Shown piece after piece: positions 12,355-26,470 of a stretch of 64,000 nt of DNA (the first letter of the stretch is position 1; the number at the start of each line of letters is the position of its first letter). The translations under genes were made by a program, and so were the position numbers. The notes beneath the pieces were generated by a model that was not told the origin of the DNA, ran no database searches, and saw only the letters and a list, made by a program, of their open reading frames with translations. This DNA comes from Eledone cirrhosa (taxonomy: Eukaryota), in assembly GCA_964016885.1 (NCBI GenBank), contig OZ024746.1:101432001-101496000 (forward strand). The letters run 5' to 3'.

Positions 12355-13745
12355 ATCAAACTTCTTTTGCCTGCAGCATTTAACATCTGATCCAGAAACT
12401 GCTGCACTGAACAACCACCACTCTGTCTCAACATCCACTGAATTGGGATGCAAAGTATCTGCATGCCTGGTCCTGACTTCCTTATCCACAAATGCTTCGC
12501 ACTTTATCCTGTAGGTCACTCTCGACCTGCCAATTTTGAGGGCTCCTTTAGCTTTAGGTAGTCTCAAGTTGCAGATAACTAGATGGTGATCAGTTGACAG
12601 CACAGCCCCTCTCTTAACATAACGTCCAGTACAGAATCAAAGAGGTCAGAGACACTAATAAAATCAATTATTCATCTTTGTCACTGATTCCCCTTATACC
12701 ATGTATATTTATGGATGTCTCTGTACTGGAAGATGTTCATAAGAATGTGTTCTCAGAGGCTGAGATCACAAGAGCAGTTAAAGAGCTCAAATATGACAAG
12801 GCTGCTGGGAAAGATGAAATCCAGCCCAAGACGTTAAAAGCCTAAAATAGAGAAGGTACTATCTGGATGACTCGTGTGTGCCAAGTGGCCTGGATCTCTG
12901 GAAAGGCACCTAAGCAATGGCAATCAGGAGTGATAATCCCAATTTTCAAAAAGGGAGACAAGAGAGATTGTTCCAATTACATAGAGATCTCCTTGTTAAG
13001 CCTCCCTGGTAAAGTCTATGCCAAGTGTCTGGCAAAGAGATGCAGGGAGATTGTCAAGTCCAAGTTAGCTGATGAACAGTGCAGTTTTCTCCCTGGACAC
13101 AGCACAGCTGCGGCAGGTCTTCAAGAAATAGTAGGAGTATTGCCAAGAGGTATATACTTGTTTTGTCTACCTTGAAAAGGCATATGACTGGATTCTTCGG
13201 GACCTGCTGCAGAAGGTTGTGCAGGAGTATAAGATTGATGGTCAGCTTCTTGCTGCCCTGATATCTCTACATGCATGCTCAAGTATTTGTGTTCAGATAA
13301 ATGGTGCTAAATCAAAACCATTCAACGTGGGAGTCAGAGTCTGCCAAGGGTCCATACTGTCACCTCTCCTGTTCATTATTTTCATGAATAGGGTTGACAT
13401 GTGAAACCGGGTTGGAAGTGATATCATGACTAGTGGGTGTAAAATCAGGTAGCTGGAATTTACAGACAATATAGTGTTACTTAACTCAACAGAAGGTGAT
13501 CCGACTTGCACTTATAGGTTTGATGCCGAGTGCTGCATTGCTGGAATGAAAATCAGTGCTGCGAAAACTGAGACACTTGTCCTCTCAAGGAAGCCTGCAC
13601 AGTGCACTCTACATATGATTAGAGGTGCACTGAAGCAGGTAGAGAAGTTCAAGTATCTCGGGTTGTTGTGTTCACGAGTGATGAAAGGCAGGAGGCTGAG
13701 TTAAGTGCAAGAATTGAAGGAGCTGGTGCAGTAATGCGCCAGCTT
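12355..13745 (+). mobile_element. Degraded RTE/Expander-like LINE with inverted 5' part
   Basis: 12355-12735 reads endonuclease motifs (KRGA.LSTDHHLV) on the minus strand. About 12750-13745 reads RT on the plus strand (KAAGKDEI, IIPIFKKGDKRDCSNY, CQGSILSPLLF, QVEKFKYLG) with stops. Confidence 0.85.
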
Positions 13746-14009
13746 CAGAAGAAGAAGTATTTTTGTTATTCCAGACAATGTTTCAAGGTGACATAAGGCT
13801 TGTTAGATGAAATTGTTTGATGGTTTGGAAGAGGTGTGGGATAACAGTAAACATTAAAACATTTATGAAAATTAAATGGAAATATAGAGGGAGAAAGAAA
13901 TTGTTGTAGTTTAGCCCTAGATCAGCTCTGATTAACCAAATCTATAATCAATCAGTTATCACCATCCTATCATTTAGTATATCAGTGACTGTCGAGTATG
14001 TAGTTATGA

Positions 14010-14162
14010 CTTTCTATGTTCCAAGTTGAAATCCCACCGAGGTTAGCTTTGCTTTTCATCCTTAAGGGGTCAATAAAATAAAGTACCAGTCATGCACTGG
14101 GGTCTATTTAATCGACCTCCCCCCACCAACTGCAGGCCTTGTGCCTTAATCAGAAACCATTA
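14010..14162 (+). mobile_element. tRNA-derived SINE copy
   Basis: Same core: ctttgcttttcatccttaaggggtcaataaaataaagtaccag. Confidence 0.8.
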
Positions 14163-14247
14163 TTACTGTATGTTTTATATCAACCTTTTTATCAATAACT
14201 GTTACTGTAATTATCACTCCGGTCGTTCAATTCCTAGTAATGAGTGG

Positions 14248-14492
14248 AGCAGGAAGCAGCAACACAACTGACTGTACCCCCCCCCTATAAACAGCTGCTG
14301 CAGGAAGCAGCAACACAACTGACTGTACCCCCCCCCCTATAAACAGCTGCTGCAGGAAGCAGCAACACAACTGACTGTACCCCCCCCCTATAAACAGCTG
14401 CTGCAGGAAGCAGCAACACAACTGACTGTACCCCCCCCCACCCTATAAACAGCTGCTGCAGGAAGCAGCAACACAACTGACTGTACCCCCCT
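14248..14492. repeat. ~58-62 bp minisatellite with poly-C tract, 4 copies
   Basis: gcaggaagcagcaacacaactgactgtacC(n)tataaacagctgct repeated. Confidence 0.95.
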
Positions 14493-14633
14493 ACCCATAC
14501 ACTGCCCACAACAGGACAACCCGTCTAACCCATGTTAGCGTGGAAGAACGGACGTAAAACGGTGATGATGATGATGATGATGATCGTAAAGGGATGTAAC
14601 TATGCTGCAAAGCATGGCGTAATAATAATAATG

Positions 14634-14675
<42 letters not shown>

Positions 14676-14829
14676 GCGTAATAATAATACTTTCTTTATT
14701 AACCACAAGGGTTTACATAAAGTAGACATTAAGGACAGTACAGGACAATACAGGACGGTACAAATGGGCATTTCTGCGTGTAAAAAAACAAAAACAGAGG
14801 ATGTAATATAATGGCGTAATAATAATAAT

Positions 14830-15222
14830 GATGGACGACCTCAAGCTTTATGGTAAGAATGAATCCCAGCTTGGTTCCCTCGTTGATACATTGTAATATA
14901 TTTAGTGTTGACATCAGAAGGGAGTTTAGATTAAATAAGTGCGGTGTGTTAATCTTGAAGCAAAATTAGAAGCTTTGAGGGTTGGTGCTGCCATCAGGAA
15001 AGGTTATGAAGCAAATAGAAGAGGAAGGTTATAAGTAATTAGGGATATTGGAAGTTGATAAGATAATGTAGGAGACAATGAAAGAAACATTTAAGGTGGA
15101 ATACAAGTGCAGACTGAGACTTATTCTCAAGTTGAAACTGAATGGACGGAATAAGAGAGAAGCTATTGACACATGGGCACTATTACTCCTTAGATATGGA
15201 GCGAGGGTGATCATGTGGACAT
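14830..15222 (+). mobile_element. Degraded RT fragment of an R4/Dong-like (RLE) non-LTR retrotransposon
   Basis: MDDLKLYGKNESQL...KC...Y.LGILE...LKLNGRNKREAIDTWA..LLRYGA.V..WT, with stops and frameshifts. Confidence 0.8.
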
Positions 15223-15241
15223 GACGCTTTTCCTATATATA

Positions 15242-15435
15242 TAGGAAAAGCGTCAGGACTCCGATGGTTGAGCTTCGGCCATTTCGACAGCTAGATCCGA
15301 ATGGTTCTATCTAGCTGTCGAAATGGCCGGAGCTCAGCCATCGGGGTCCTGACTATTTTCCTATGACCCACTCTACTACTGTAAGTACTCTGGTGCGTTA
15401 TGGTCCACCTGGTATCTTACCACACCTTCTTTGTT
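15242..15435. mobile_element. Non-coding hairpin element (~120-bp fold-back plus ~70-bp tail) between TA runs, copy 1
   Basis: Arms ggaaaagcgtcaggactccgatgg...gacagctagat and atctagctgtc...ccatcggggtcctgactattttcc are reverse complements; homologous to the copies at 45178 and 54069. Confidence 0.85.
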
Positions 15436-16264
15436 ATATATATATATATCATGTTACTCCTCTCCTCACTTTGAGTAGTTAGGGTTCTTGTTAAGTAAAT
15501 GACTGACAACCCCTCTAGTGCTACAAGGGGTGCACCTGGGTCAATGACAGGAGGGGTCTCCTACTTTAGAAATTATGTTAAAGGGTTGAGAGGACTTATT
15601 AGGTGTGTCAAAGACAGAACAAACCCCCTAGTGTTGGTGTCATAATAAAATGCACTTGGTAGTGCATAGGATGATATATAAGTGAGTCCCAGGCCACATC
15701 TCTGATCAGTTTATGCAGGAATGTAGGTGAAATTAATGTTCTCAGGCTACCATGGAGATAGTACCTCTGCTTTAAGTACCAACACAGTATGCTGACAACC
15801 TGTCCTAGCCTTGTTAGCAGAGAAAGTACATGTTAATCCTTTAGCATTTAAACCGGCCATATCCGGCCAGAATTCTCTCACCTCTTTCTGTTCAAACTGG
15901 CTGTAACTGGACTGAAAGCAAATCTATGACATATATTAAATATTTTACCATGAATATTAATGTTGGAAATAGTGTAATGTGATCTCCATGTCCGATACTG
16001 TACATCCACCGTAAAACAGTAGCTCTCTTTACTAGAATGGTTTCTACAATTTAATTTGTAGTTTGGAAAGACAAAATGTAATTGGTTCTTTCCTCAGCAG
16101 TACAAAATCTTCAGATTTAGTAGGAAAAGTATTTTTAGAATAAGTTGCTTTGAATTATAAAACAGCAGAAGAATTGCCTAATAAAGCTTAAAGAAGTTCA
16201 AGATTGAATTCACCAAGAAAAATTTCCAAAATAACAACAATAACAACAACTATAGCAGTAATAA

Positions 16265-16485
16265 TAATTCTTTCTATTTTAGGCACAAGGCCAACAATTT
16301 TAGGAGAGAGGAAAGTCGATTAAATAGACCCCAGTGTATTACTGGTACTTTATTTTATCGACCCCGTAAGGATGAAAGGCAAAGTTAACTTCGGTGGGAT
16401 TTGAACTCAGAACATACAGGGACGTAACTAAATACTGCAAAGCATTTTGTCTGATGCTCTACCAATTCTGCCAATCCACCACCTT
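16265..16485 (-). mobile_element. tRNA-derived SINE copy
   Basis: Reverse complement of the A-box/B-box head plus core (gagttcaaatccc...gcctttcatccttacggggtcgataaaataaagtaccag). Confidence 0.85.
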
Positions 16486-16554
16486 ATTACAACAACAACA
16501 AGAACAATAACACCAGCAAGAAGAAGAAGAAGAAGAAGAAGAAGAAGAAGAAGA

Positions 16555-16965
16555 AACTGCACTCAATAACAAAAGAGGCAAGAAAATTTAGGCAAAAACT
16601 GGACATAGAATAAGACATACCCATAGAAAATCAACAACAGAGTGCTGCACAGCTAGCTAGGACTGTGAAGATCAAAGCAAAGAAACTCCTAACAGAGGAA
16701 CTAAACCATGAATGGAAGGCAAAACCACTATATGGTAGATTCTTAGAACAACTTTCTGATAATGATATCGATCAACATGGCTCAATATCCTGGCTCAGAA
16801 GTGCTGGTTTGAAAACTGAGGGACTCTTAGTTGTTGCACAAGACCAATCTCTAAACACTCGGACCTAGAGACACAGAATAGTGAAAGATGGGACTAGCCC
16901 TCTATGCAGAATATACTACAATCATGAAGAAACAGTAGATCATGTTATCTCCAGGTGTCCAGAGT
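16555..16965 (+). mobile_element. Degraded R4/Dong-like fragment (post-RT region and CCHC knuckle)
   Basis: WKAKPLYGRF...SISWL..AGLK.EG.LVVAQDQSLNTR...CR......ETVDHVISRCP. Confidence 0.8.
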
Positions 16966-18147
16966 AACAGAAAAACCACCCTTTGGGTGGTTTTCTGGTA
17001 GCATGTGTAGTGTTCATATTGAAAATCATGGGCGGATGTGGTGAGAGCTGACCTCAGATTGCTGAAGTTTACGAAGGCCCGTGACGAATGGAGAGATGCT
17101 ATGTTGAATAGGACCTGTCTCACCCTTGCACGCAGGGAAAAGCGGACGTAAAATGATGATGATGATGATATGATACGTCAAATGAAATCGTTATTGACAA
17201 TATGCACAGAAATTGAACGAAGTCTGTGTTACACTGTTTTCTGTAATCAGTAAAGTAATCTATAATACATTAAAAAAAGACGATATTATATATAAACAGC
17301 ATATATAATAAACTAAAATATTATGAAAACGAAAAAGGAGAAAATTAGTGATGGAAATATAAACTTTATATAACGATGCAAATATATGAATGTTTATATA
17401 AATGATGTAATAAGTGTTATAATATAACGGATGCTAACCGGAAGTATTGTCATTTGAAAATTTTAAAGAAGTGAATCTTAAAATAAACAATACTTTATAT
17501 ATATAAGAATATTTATATTTAATCAAGAGCTACAAAATTTAGTAGATAAATTACATAATATTCATTCATAATTTATTCAAAGTAATCCAACTTATTTTAC
17601 TAACGGAATAAAAAATATAAAACGGACGCTGTCCCGCACTCTCCCTTTATTATATTACAGATAGTGTTAAAGAAGACATCTTAAAAGGTTTATACTGAAA
17701 ATTATGTTGGAAAGTTTGAATTTGCATATGAATTCCTTAAAATTATTCTTTTTTATAATGAAACCAAAGGCGGTTTCAGGCAGGTTGGTGGTACAGGACA
17801 CCCATCCCAATTACACTCCTTCCAGTGAGGATAACAATAGAATGAGAGAAGTGTTTATAGTTAGAGAAGAATGGATACCCAATACTGTGTGTATTATATT
17901 TATTGAAAGAATGGAATGTAAGATAAGAAAATAGAAAAAAAATGGAAAAGGAAGGGAGAGACAAGAGATCTAGTGTCACAGAAAACTGAGGAGGAGAGGA
18001 GGATTGGGCCTAGGGTACAGTGGGGCTGCACCTGGCGGGTAACACTGTAAAAGTTTTCCTGCAGACAATGGCCAGCGACACCTGCTGCAACAGCCACCCC
18101 ACCTCACAGGGCTGCTTTGAAATTTTGACTTTAGGTTGGGAACTGCT

Positions 18148-21100
18148 ACACTGGTCTATCACAGATTTAGTCCATGGGAGTATTTAAACCACGGTCTATC
18201 ACAGATTTAGTCCATGGGAGTATTTAAACCACGGTCTATCACAGATTTAGTCCATGGGAGTATTTAAACCACGGTCTATCACAGATTTAGTCCATGGGAG
18301 TATTTAAACCACTGGTCTATCACAGATTTAGTCCATGGGAGTATTTAAACCACTGTCTATCACAGATTTAGTCCATGGGAGTATTTAAACCACTAGTCTA
18401 TCACAGATTTAGTCCATGGGAGTATTTAAACCACTGGTCTATCACAGATTTAGTCCATGGGAGTATTTAAACCATGGTCTATCACAGATTTAGTCCATGG
18501 GAGTATTTAAACCACTGTCTATCACAGATTTAGTCCATGGGAGTATTTAAACCACTGTCTATCACAGATTTAGTCCATGGGAGTATTTAAACCACTGGTC
18601 TATCACAGATTTAGTCCATGGGAGTATTTAAACCATGGTCTATCACAGATTTAGTCCATGGGAGTATTTAAACCACTGGTCTATCACAGATTTAGTCCAT
18701 GGGAGTATTTAAACCACGGTCTATCACAGATTTAGTCCATGGGAGTATTTAAACCACGGTCTATCACAGATTTAGTCCATGGGAGTATTTAAACCACGGT
18801 CTATCACAGATTTAGTCCATGGGAGTATTTAAACCACTGGTCTATCACAGATTTAGTCCATGGGAGTATTTAAACCACTGTCTATCACAGATTTAGTCCA
18901 TGGGAGTATTTAAACCACTAGTCTATCACAGATTTAGTCCATGGGAGTATTTAAACCACTGGTCTATCACAGATTTAGTCCATGGGAGTATTTAAACCAT
19001 GGTCTATCACAGATTTAGTCCATGGGAGTATTTAAACCACTGGTCTATCACAGATTTAGTCCATGGGAGTATTTAAACCATGGTCTATCACAGATTTAGT
19101 CCATGGGAGTATTTAAATCACTGGTCTATCACAGATTTAGTCCATGGGAGTATTTAAACCACGGTCTATCACAGATTTAGTCCATGGGAGTATTTAAACC
19201 ACTGGTCTATCACAGATTTAGTCCATGGGAGTATTTAAACCACGGTCTATCACAGATTTAGTCCATGGGAGCATTTAAACCACTGGTCTATCACAGATTT
19301 AGTCCATGGGAGTATTTAAACCACTAGTCTATCACAGATTTAGTCCATGGGAGTATTTAAACCACTGGTCTATCACAGATTTAGTCCATGGGAGTATTTA
19401 AACCATGGTCTATCACAGATTTAGTCCATGGGAGTATTTAAACCACTGGTCTATCACAGATTTAGTCCATGGGAGTATTTAAACCACTGGTCTATCACAG
19501 ATTTAGTCCATGGGAGTATTTAAACCACTGGTCTATCACAGATTTAGTCCATGGGAGTATTTAAACCACTAGTCTATCACAGATTTAGTCCATGGGAGTA
19601 TTTAAACCACGGTCTATCACAGATTTAGTCCATGGGAGCATTTAAACCACTGGTCTATCACAGATTTAGTCCATGGGAGTATTTAAACCACGGTCTATCA
19701 CAGATTTAGTCCATGGGAGTATTTAAACCCCTGGTCTATCACAGATTTAGTCCATGGGAGTATTTAAACCACTGGTCTATCACAGATTTAGTCCATGGGA
19801 GTATTTAAACCACTAGTCTATCACAGATTTAGTCCATGGGAGTATTTAAACCACTGGTCTATCACAGATTTAGTCCATGGGAGTATTTAAACCACTGTCT
19901 ATCACAGATTTAGTCCATGGGAGTATTTAAACCACTAGTCTATCACAGATTTAGTCCATGGGAGTATTTAAACCACTGGTCTATCACAGATTTAGTCCAT
20001 GGGAGTATTTAAACCATGGTCTATCACAGATTTAGTCCATGGGAGTATTTAAACCACTGTCTATCACAGATTTAGTCCATGGGAGTATTTAAACCACTGT
20101 CTATCACAGATTTAGTCCATGGGAGTATTTAAACCACTGGTCTATCACAGATTTAGTCCATGGGAGTATTTAAACCATGGTCTATCACAGATTTAGTCCA
20201 TGGGAGTATTTAAATCACTGGTCTATCACAGATTTAGTCCATGGGAGTATTTAAACCACGGTCTATCACAGATTTAGTCCATGGGAGTATTTAAACCACT
20301 GGTCTATCACAGATTTAGTCCATGGGAGTATTTAAACCACGGTCTATCACAGATTTAGTCCATGGGAGCATTTAAACCACTGGTCTATCACAGATTTAGT
20401 CCATGGGAGTATTTAAACCACTAGTCTATCACAGATTTAGTCCATGGGAGTATTTAAACCACTGGTCTATCACAGATTTAGTCCATGGGAGTATTTAAAC
20501 CATGGTCTATCACAGATTTAGTCCATGGGAGTATTTAAACCACTGGTCTATCACAGATTTAGTCCATGGGAGTATTTAAACCACTGGTCTATCACAGATT
20601 TAGTCCATGGGAGTATTTAAACCACTGGTCTATCACAGATTTAGTCCATGGGAGTATTTAAACCACTAGTCTATCACAGATTTAGTCCATGGGAGTATTT
20701 AAACCACGGTCTATCACAGATTTAGTCCATGGGAGCATTTAAACCACTGGTCTATCACAGATTTAGTCCATGGGAGTATTTAAACCACGGTCTATCACAG
20801 ATTTAGTCCATGGGAGTATTTAAACCACGGTCTATCACAGATTTAGTCCATGGGAGTATTTAAACCACTGGTCTATCACAGATTTAGTCCATGGGAGTAT
20901 TTAAACCACTGTCTATCACAGATTTAGTCCATGGGAGTATTTAAACCACTAGTCTATCACAGATTTAGTCCATGGGAGTATTTAAACCACGGTCTATCAC
21001 AGATTTAGTCCATGGGAGTATTTAAACCACTGGTCTATCACAGATTTAGTCCATGGGAGTATTTAAACCACGGTCTATCACAGATTTAGTCCATGGGAGT

Positions 21101-24100
21101 ATTTAAACCACTAGTCTATCACAGATTTAGTCCATGGGAGTATTTAAACCATGGTCTATCACAGATTTAGTCCATGGGAGTATTTAAACCACGGTCTATC
21201 ACAGATTTAGTCCATGGGAGTATTTAAACCACGGTCTATCACAGATTTAGTCCATGGGAGTATTTAAACCACTGTCTATCACAGATTTAGTCCATGGGAG
21301 TATTTAAACCACGGTCTATCACAGATTTAGTCCATGGGAGTATTTAAACCACGGTCTATCACAGATTTAGTCCATGGGAGTATTTAAACCACTGGTCTAT
21401 CACAGATTTAGTCCATGGGAGTATTTAAACCACTGTCTATCACAGATTTAGTCCATGGGAGTATTTAAACCACTAGTCTATCACAGATTTAGTCCATGGG
21501 AGTATTTAAACCACTGGTCTATCACAGATTTAGTCCATGGGAGTATTTAAACCATGGTCTATCACAGATTTAGTCCATGGGAGTATTTAAACCACTGTCT
21601 ATCACAGATTTAGTCCATGGGAGTATTTAAACCACTGTCTATCACAGATTTAGTCCATGGGAGTATTTAAACCACTGGTCTATCACAGATTTAGTCCATG
21701 GGAGTATTTAAACCACTAGTCTATCACAGATTTAGTCCATGGGAGTATTTAAACCACTGTCTATCACAGATTTAGTCCATGGGAGTATTTAAACCACTGG
21801 TCTATCACAGATTTAGTCCATGGGAGTATTTAAACCACGGTCTATCACAGATTTAGTCCATGGGAGCATTTAAACCACTGGTCTATCACAGATTTAGTCC
21901 ATGGGAGTATTTAAACCACTAGTCTATCACAGATTTAGTCCATGGGAGTATTTAAACCACTGGTCTATCACAGATTTAGTCCATGGGAGTATTTAAACCA
22001 TGGTCTATCACAGATTTAGTCCATGGGAGTATTTAAACCACTGGTCTATCACAGATTTAGTCCATGGGAGTATTTAAACCACTGGTCTATCACAGATTTA
22101 GTCCATGGGAGTATTTAAACCACTGGTCTATCACAGATTTAGTCCATGGGAGTATTTAAACCACTAGTCTATCACAGATTTAGTCCATGGGAGTATTTAA
22201 ACCACGGTCTATCACAGATTTAGTCCATGGGAGCATTTAAACCACTGGTCTATCACAGATTTAGTCCATGGGAGTATTTAAACCACGGTCTATCACAGAT
22301 TTAGTCCATGGGAGTATTTAAACCCCTGGTCTATCACAGATTTAGTCCATGGGAGTATTTAAACCACTGGTCTATCACAGATTTAGTCCATGGGAGTATT
22401 TAAACCACTAGTCTATCACAGATTTAGTCCATGGGAGTATTTAAACCACTGGTCTATCACAGATTTAGTCCATGGGAGTATTTAAACCACTGTCTATCAC
22501 AGATTTAGTCCATGGGAGTATTTAAACCACTAGTCTATCACAGATTTAGTCCATGGGAGTATTTAAACCACTGGTCTATCACAGATTTAGTCCATGGGAG
22601 TATTTAAACCATGGTCTATCACAGATTTAGTCCATGGGAGTATTTAAACCACTGTCTATCACAGATTTAGTCCATGGGAGTATTTAAACCACTGTCTATC
22701 ACAGATTTAGTCCATGGGAGTATTTAAACCACTGGTCTATCACAGATTTAGTCCATGGGAGTATTTAAACCATGGTCTATCACAGATTTAGTCCATGGGA
22801 GTATTTAAATCACTGGTCTATCACAGATTTAGTCCATGGGAGTATTTAAACCACGGTCTATCACAGATTTAGTCCATGGGAGTATTTAAACCACTGGTCT
22901 ATCACAGATTTAGTCCATGGGAGTATTTAAACCACGGTCTATCACAGATTTAGTCCATGGGAGCATTTAAACCACTGGTCTATCACAGATTTAGTCCATG
23001 GGAGTATTTAAACCACTAGTCTATCACAGATTTAGTCCATGGGAGTATTTAAACCACTGGTCTATCACAGATTTAGTCCATGGGAGTATTTAAACCATGG
23101 TCTATCACAGATTTAGTCCATGGGAGTATTTAAACCACTGGTCTATCACAGATTTAGTCCATGGGAGTATTTAAACCACTGGTCTATCACAGATTTAGTC
23201 CATGGGAGTATTTAAACCACTGGTCTATCACAGATTTAGTCCATGGGAGTATTTAAACCACTAGTCTATCACAGATTTAGTCCATGGGAGTATTTAAACC
23301 ACGGTCTATCACAGATTTAGTCCATGGGAGCATTTAAACCACTGGTCTATCACAGATTTAGTCCATGGGAGTATTTAAACCACGGTCTATCACAGATTTA
23401 GTCCATGGGAGTATTTAAACCACGGTCTATCACAGATTTAGTCCATGGGAGTATTTAAACCACTGGTCTATCACAGATTTAGTCCATGGGAGTATTTAAA
23501 CCACTGTCTATCACAGATTTAGTCCATGGGAGTATTTAAACCACTAGTCTATCACAGATTTAGTCCATGGGAGTATTTAAACCACGGTCTATCACAGATT
23601 TAGTCCATGGGAGTATTTAAACCACTGGTCTATCACAGATTTAGTCCATGGGAGTATTTAAACCACGGTCTATCACAGATTTAGTCCATGGGAGTATTTA
23701 AACCACTAGTCTATCACAGATTTAGTCCATGGGAGTATTTAAACCATGGTCTATCACAGATTTAGTCCATGGGAGTATTTAAACCACGGTCTATCACAGA
23801 TTTAGTCCATGGGAGTATTTAAACCACGGTCTATCACAGATTTAGTCCATGGGAGTATTTAAACCACTGTCTATCACAGATTTAGTCCATGGGAGTATTT
23901 AAACCACGGTCTATCACAGATTTAGTCCATGGGAGTATTTAAACCACGGTCTATCACAGATTTAGTCCATGGGAGTATTTAAACCACTGGTCTATCACAG
24001 ATTTAGTCCATGGGAGTATTTAAACCACTGTCTATCACAGATTTAGTCCATGGGAGTATTTAAACCACTAGTCTATCACAGATTTAGTCCATGGGAGTAT

Positions 24101-24802
24101 TTAAACCACTGGTCTATCACAGATTTAGTCCATGGGAGTATTTAAACCATGGTCTATCACAGATTTAGTCCATGGGAGTATTTAAACCACTGTCTATCAC
24201 AGATTTAGTCCATGGGAGTATTTAAACCACTGTCTATCACAGATTTAGTCCATGGGAGTATTTAAACCACTGGTCTATCACAGATTTAGTCCATGGGAGT
24301 ATTTAAACCACTAGTCTATCACAGATTTAGTCCATGGGAGTATTTAAACCACTGTCTATCACAGATTTAGTCCATGGGAGTATTTAAACCACTGGTCTAT
24401 CACAGATTTAGTCCATGGGAGTATTTAAACCACTAGTCTATCACAGATTTAGTCCATGGGAGTATTTAAACCACTAGTCTATCACAGATTTAGTCCATGG
24501 GAGTATTTAAACCACTAGTCTATCACAGATTTAGTCCATGGGAGTATTTAAACCACTAGTCTATCACAGATTTAGTCCATGGGAGTATTTAAACCACTAG
24601 TCTATCACAGATTTAGTCCATGGGAGTATTTAAACCACTGTCTATCACAGATTTAGTCCATGGGAGTATTTAAACCACTAGTCTATCACAGATTTAGTCC
24701 ATGGGAGTATTTAAACCATGGTCTATCACAGATTTAGTCCATGGGAGTATTTAAACCACGGTCTATCACAGATTTAGTCCATGGGAGTATTTAAACCACT
24801 GT
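18148..24802. repeat. Minisatellite array, 40/41-bp unit, ~160 copies
   Basis: gtctatcacagatttagtccatgggagtatttaaacca followed by a short variable junction (cg/ctg/ct/cta/tg). Confidence 0.98.
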
Positions 24803-25499
24803 AATATAACAGTAAACCAATAATCCCATCATTTATAGCAATGAATAGTAACTCATCATAGTAGGATGTGTGAAGCACTAAATGGTTACTTGACATGTTA
24901 TAAATAGCAGCACATTTTCCCTTATATCACAATATACAACCACAAAAAGGGACACATTGAATATTATGCTCCTAGGTATATTATACCATGGAGAAAAATG
25001 GGATGTTCATAGACAGAAGGACTTTAATCATTGGTTTGTTTAATGAGACCTAACCAGGGCCTAAAAACCAACAACAACATTGTATTTAAAGTTGGTGGAC
25101 TAGATGCGGTGGTCATGACTGGAAGGCTTTTCATTCTATGTTCGCTCGAGGCCAGCCAGAAGTTAAACCACAATCATAACTAGTGGATTACGCTAACAAT
25201 AGCTGAATGTTTTATCAAAATCTCAATGTACATTTAAAATGTTTTTCAAATCCCTCAGGATGTTAGACAAGATTTAATTTCATAGCAATAAACAGAGAGA
25301 TGCAGGATAAGTGTTTCCCTTGATAAGATGCTAGTCTTTCTCCAGTAAGATTTTTAACTGAGACATGTTCAAGTGTACTGACCACAATATCTATGGTCTA
25401 GTAATTCAACCCATCATAGTTATTTCATCATTTCCCTTCCAAAATTAAGGCAGAAATGTTGATGAGATTCAAACCCTCATAACATTAGTCAGTGTTCCA

Positions 25500-25732
25500 G
25501 CAATCCATCAGTCTCGTTAGCTCTCCCTCTCTCCCTCTCTCATGATTCAATCCATCAGTCTCGTTAGCTCTCCCTCTCCCTCTCTCTCATGATTCAATCC
25601 ATCAGTCTCGTTAGCTCTCCCTCTCTCCCTCTCTCATGATTCAATCCATCAGTCTCGTTAGCTCTCCCTCTCCCTCTCTCTCATGATTCAATCCATCAGT
25701 CTCGTTAGCTCTAACTCTCTCCCTCTCTCATT
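25500..25732. repeat. 46-48 bp minisatellite, 5 copies
   Basis: caatccatcagtctcgttagctctccctct...catgatt repeated. Confidence 0.95.
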
Positions 25733-26127
25733 CACATCATTCAATCAATCTATTTTCTATTAAATTTCTCCACCTATCTGGCACACTTTATAGGAATACT
25801 AAATTAACTCCAGTACTTGCTTACTAACTTTATTTTATGAACCCCAGAAGAATAAAAGGTCAAGTTGACCTTGGTGAGATTTAGAAACAGAATATAAAAG
25901 ACTGTAAGTAAATACCACCAGCATTCTGTCCAATATTCTAACAATATTCCCACTTCCCTGCTATCTATTGATCTTACACAAGCAGGGACGTACAACTTTT
26001 TCATAGGAATCCAACTTTTTCAAAATTTGATATTCTATCTCCTAAGATTTGAGATTATTTCTACTAAGCGAAACGTTTTTGAAGGCCGACTGGATTGGGA
26101 ATGTTTGTCTGGTGAATAAAAAATGAC

Positions 26128-26470
26128 ATGCACAGCCAGGCTGGAAGAGATATCATGATAGGTGGGTGTAAAATCAGTTGGCTGGAATTTGCAGACAACA
26201 TGGTGTTACTTAACTTGACAGAAGGTGATCTCCGACTTGCACTTGATAGGTTTGATGCCGAGTGCTGCATGGCTGGATTGAAAATCAGTGCTGTGAAAAC
26301 TGAGACTCTTCTCCTCTCAACGAAGCCTGCGCAGTGTACTCTACATGTGAATGGAGTTCCACTGAAGCAGGTAAAGAAGTTCAAGTATCTCGGGGCCATG
26401 TTCACAAGTGATGGAAGACAACAGGTTGAATTAAGTGCAAGAATTGCAGGAGCTGGTGCAGTACTGTGCA
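26128..26470 (+). mobile_element. RT fragment of the same RTE/Expander family as 13400-13740
   Basis: LEFADNMVLL...LDRFDAECCMAGLKIS..KTETL...QVKKFKYLG; nearly identical DNA to 13410-13735. Confidence 0.85.
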
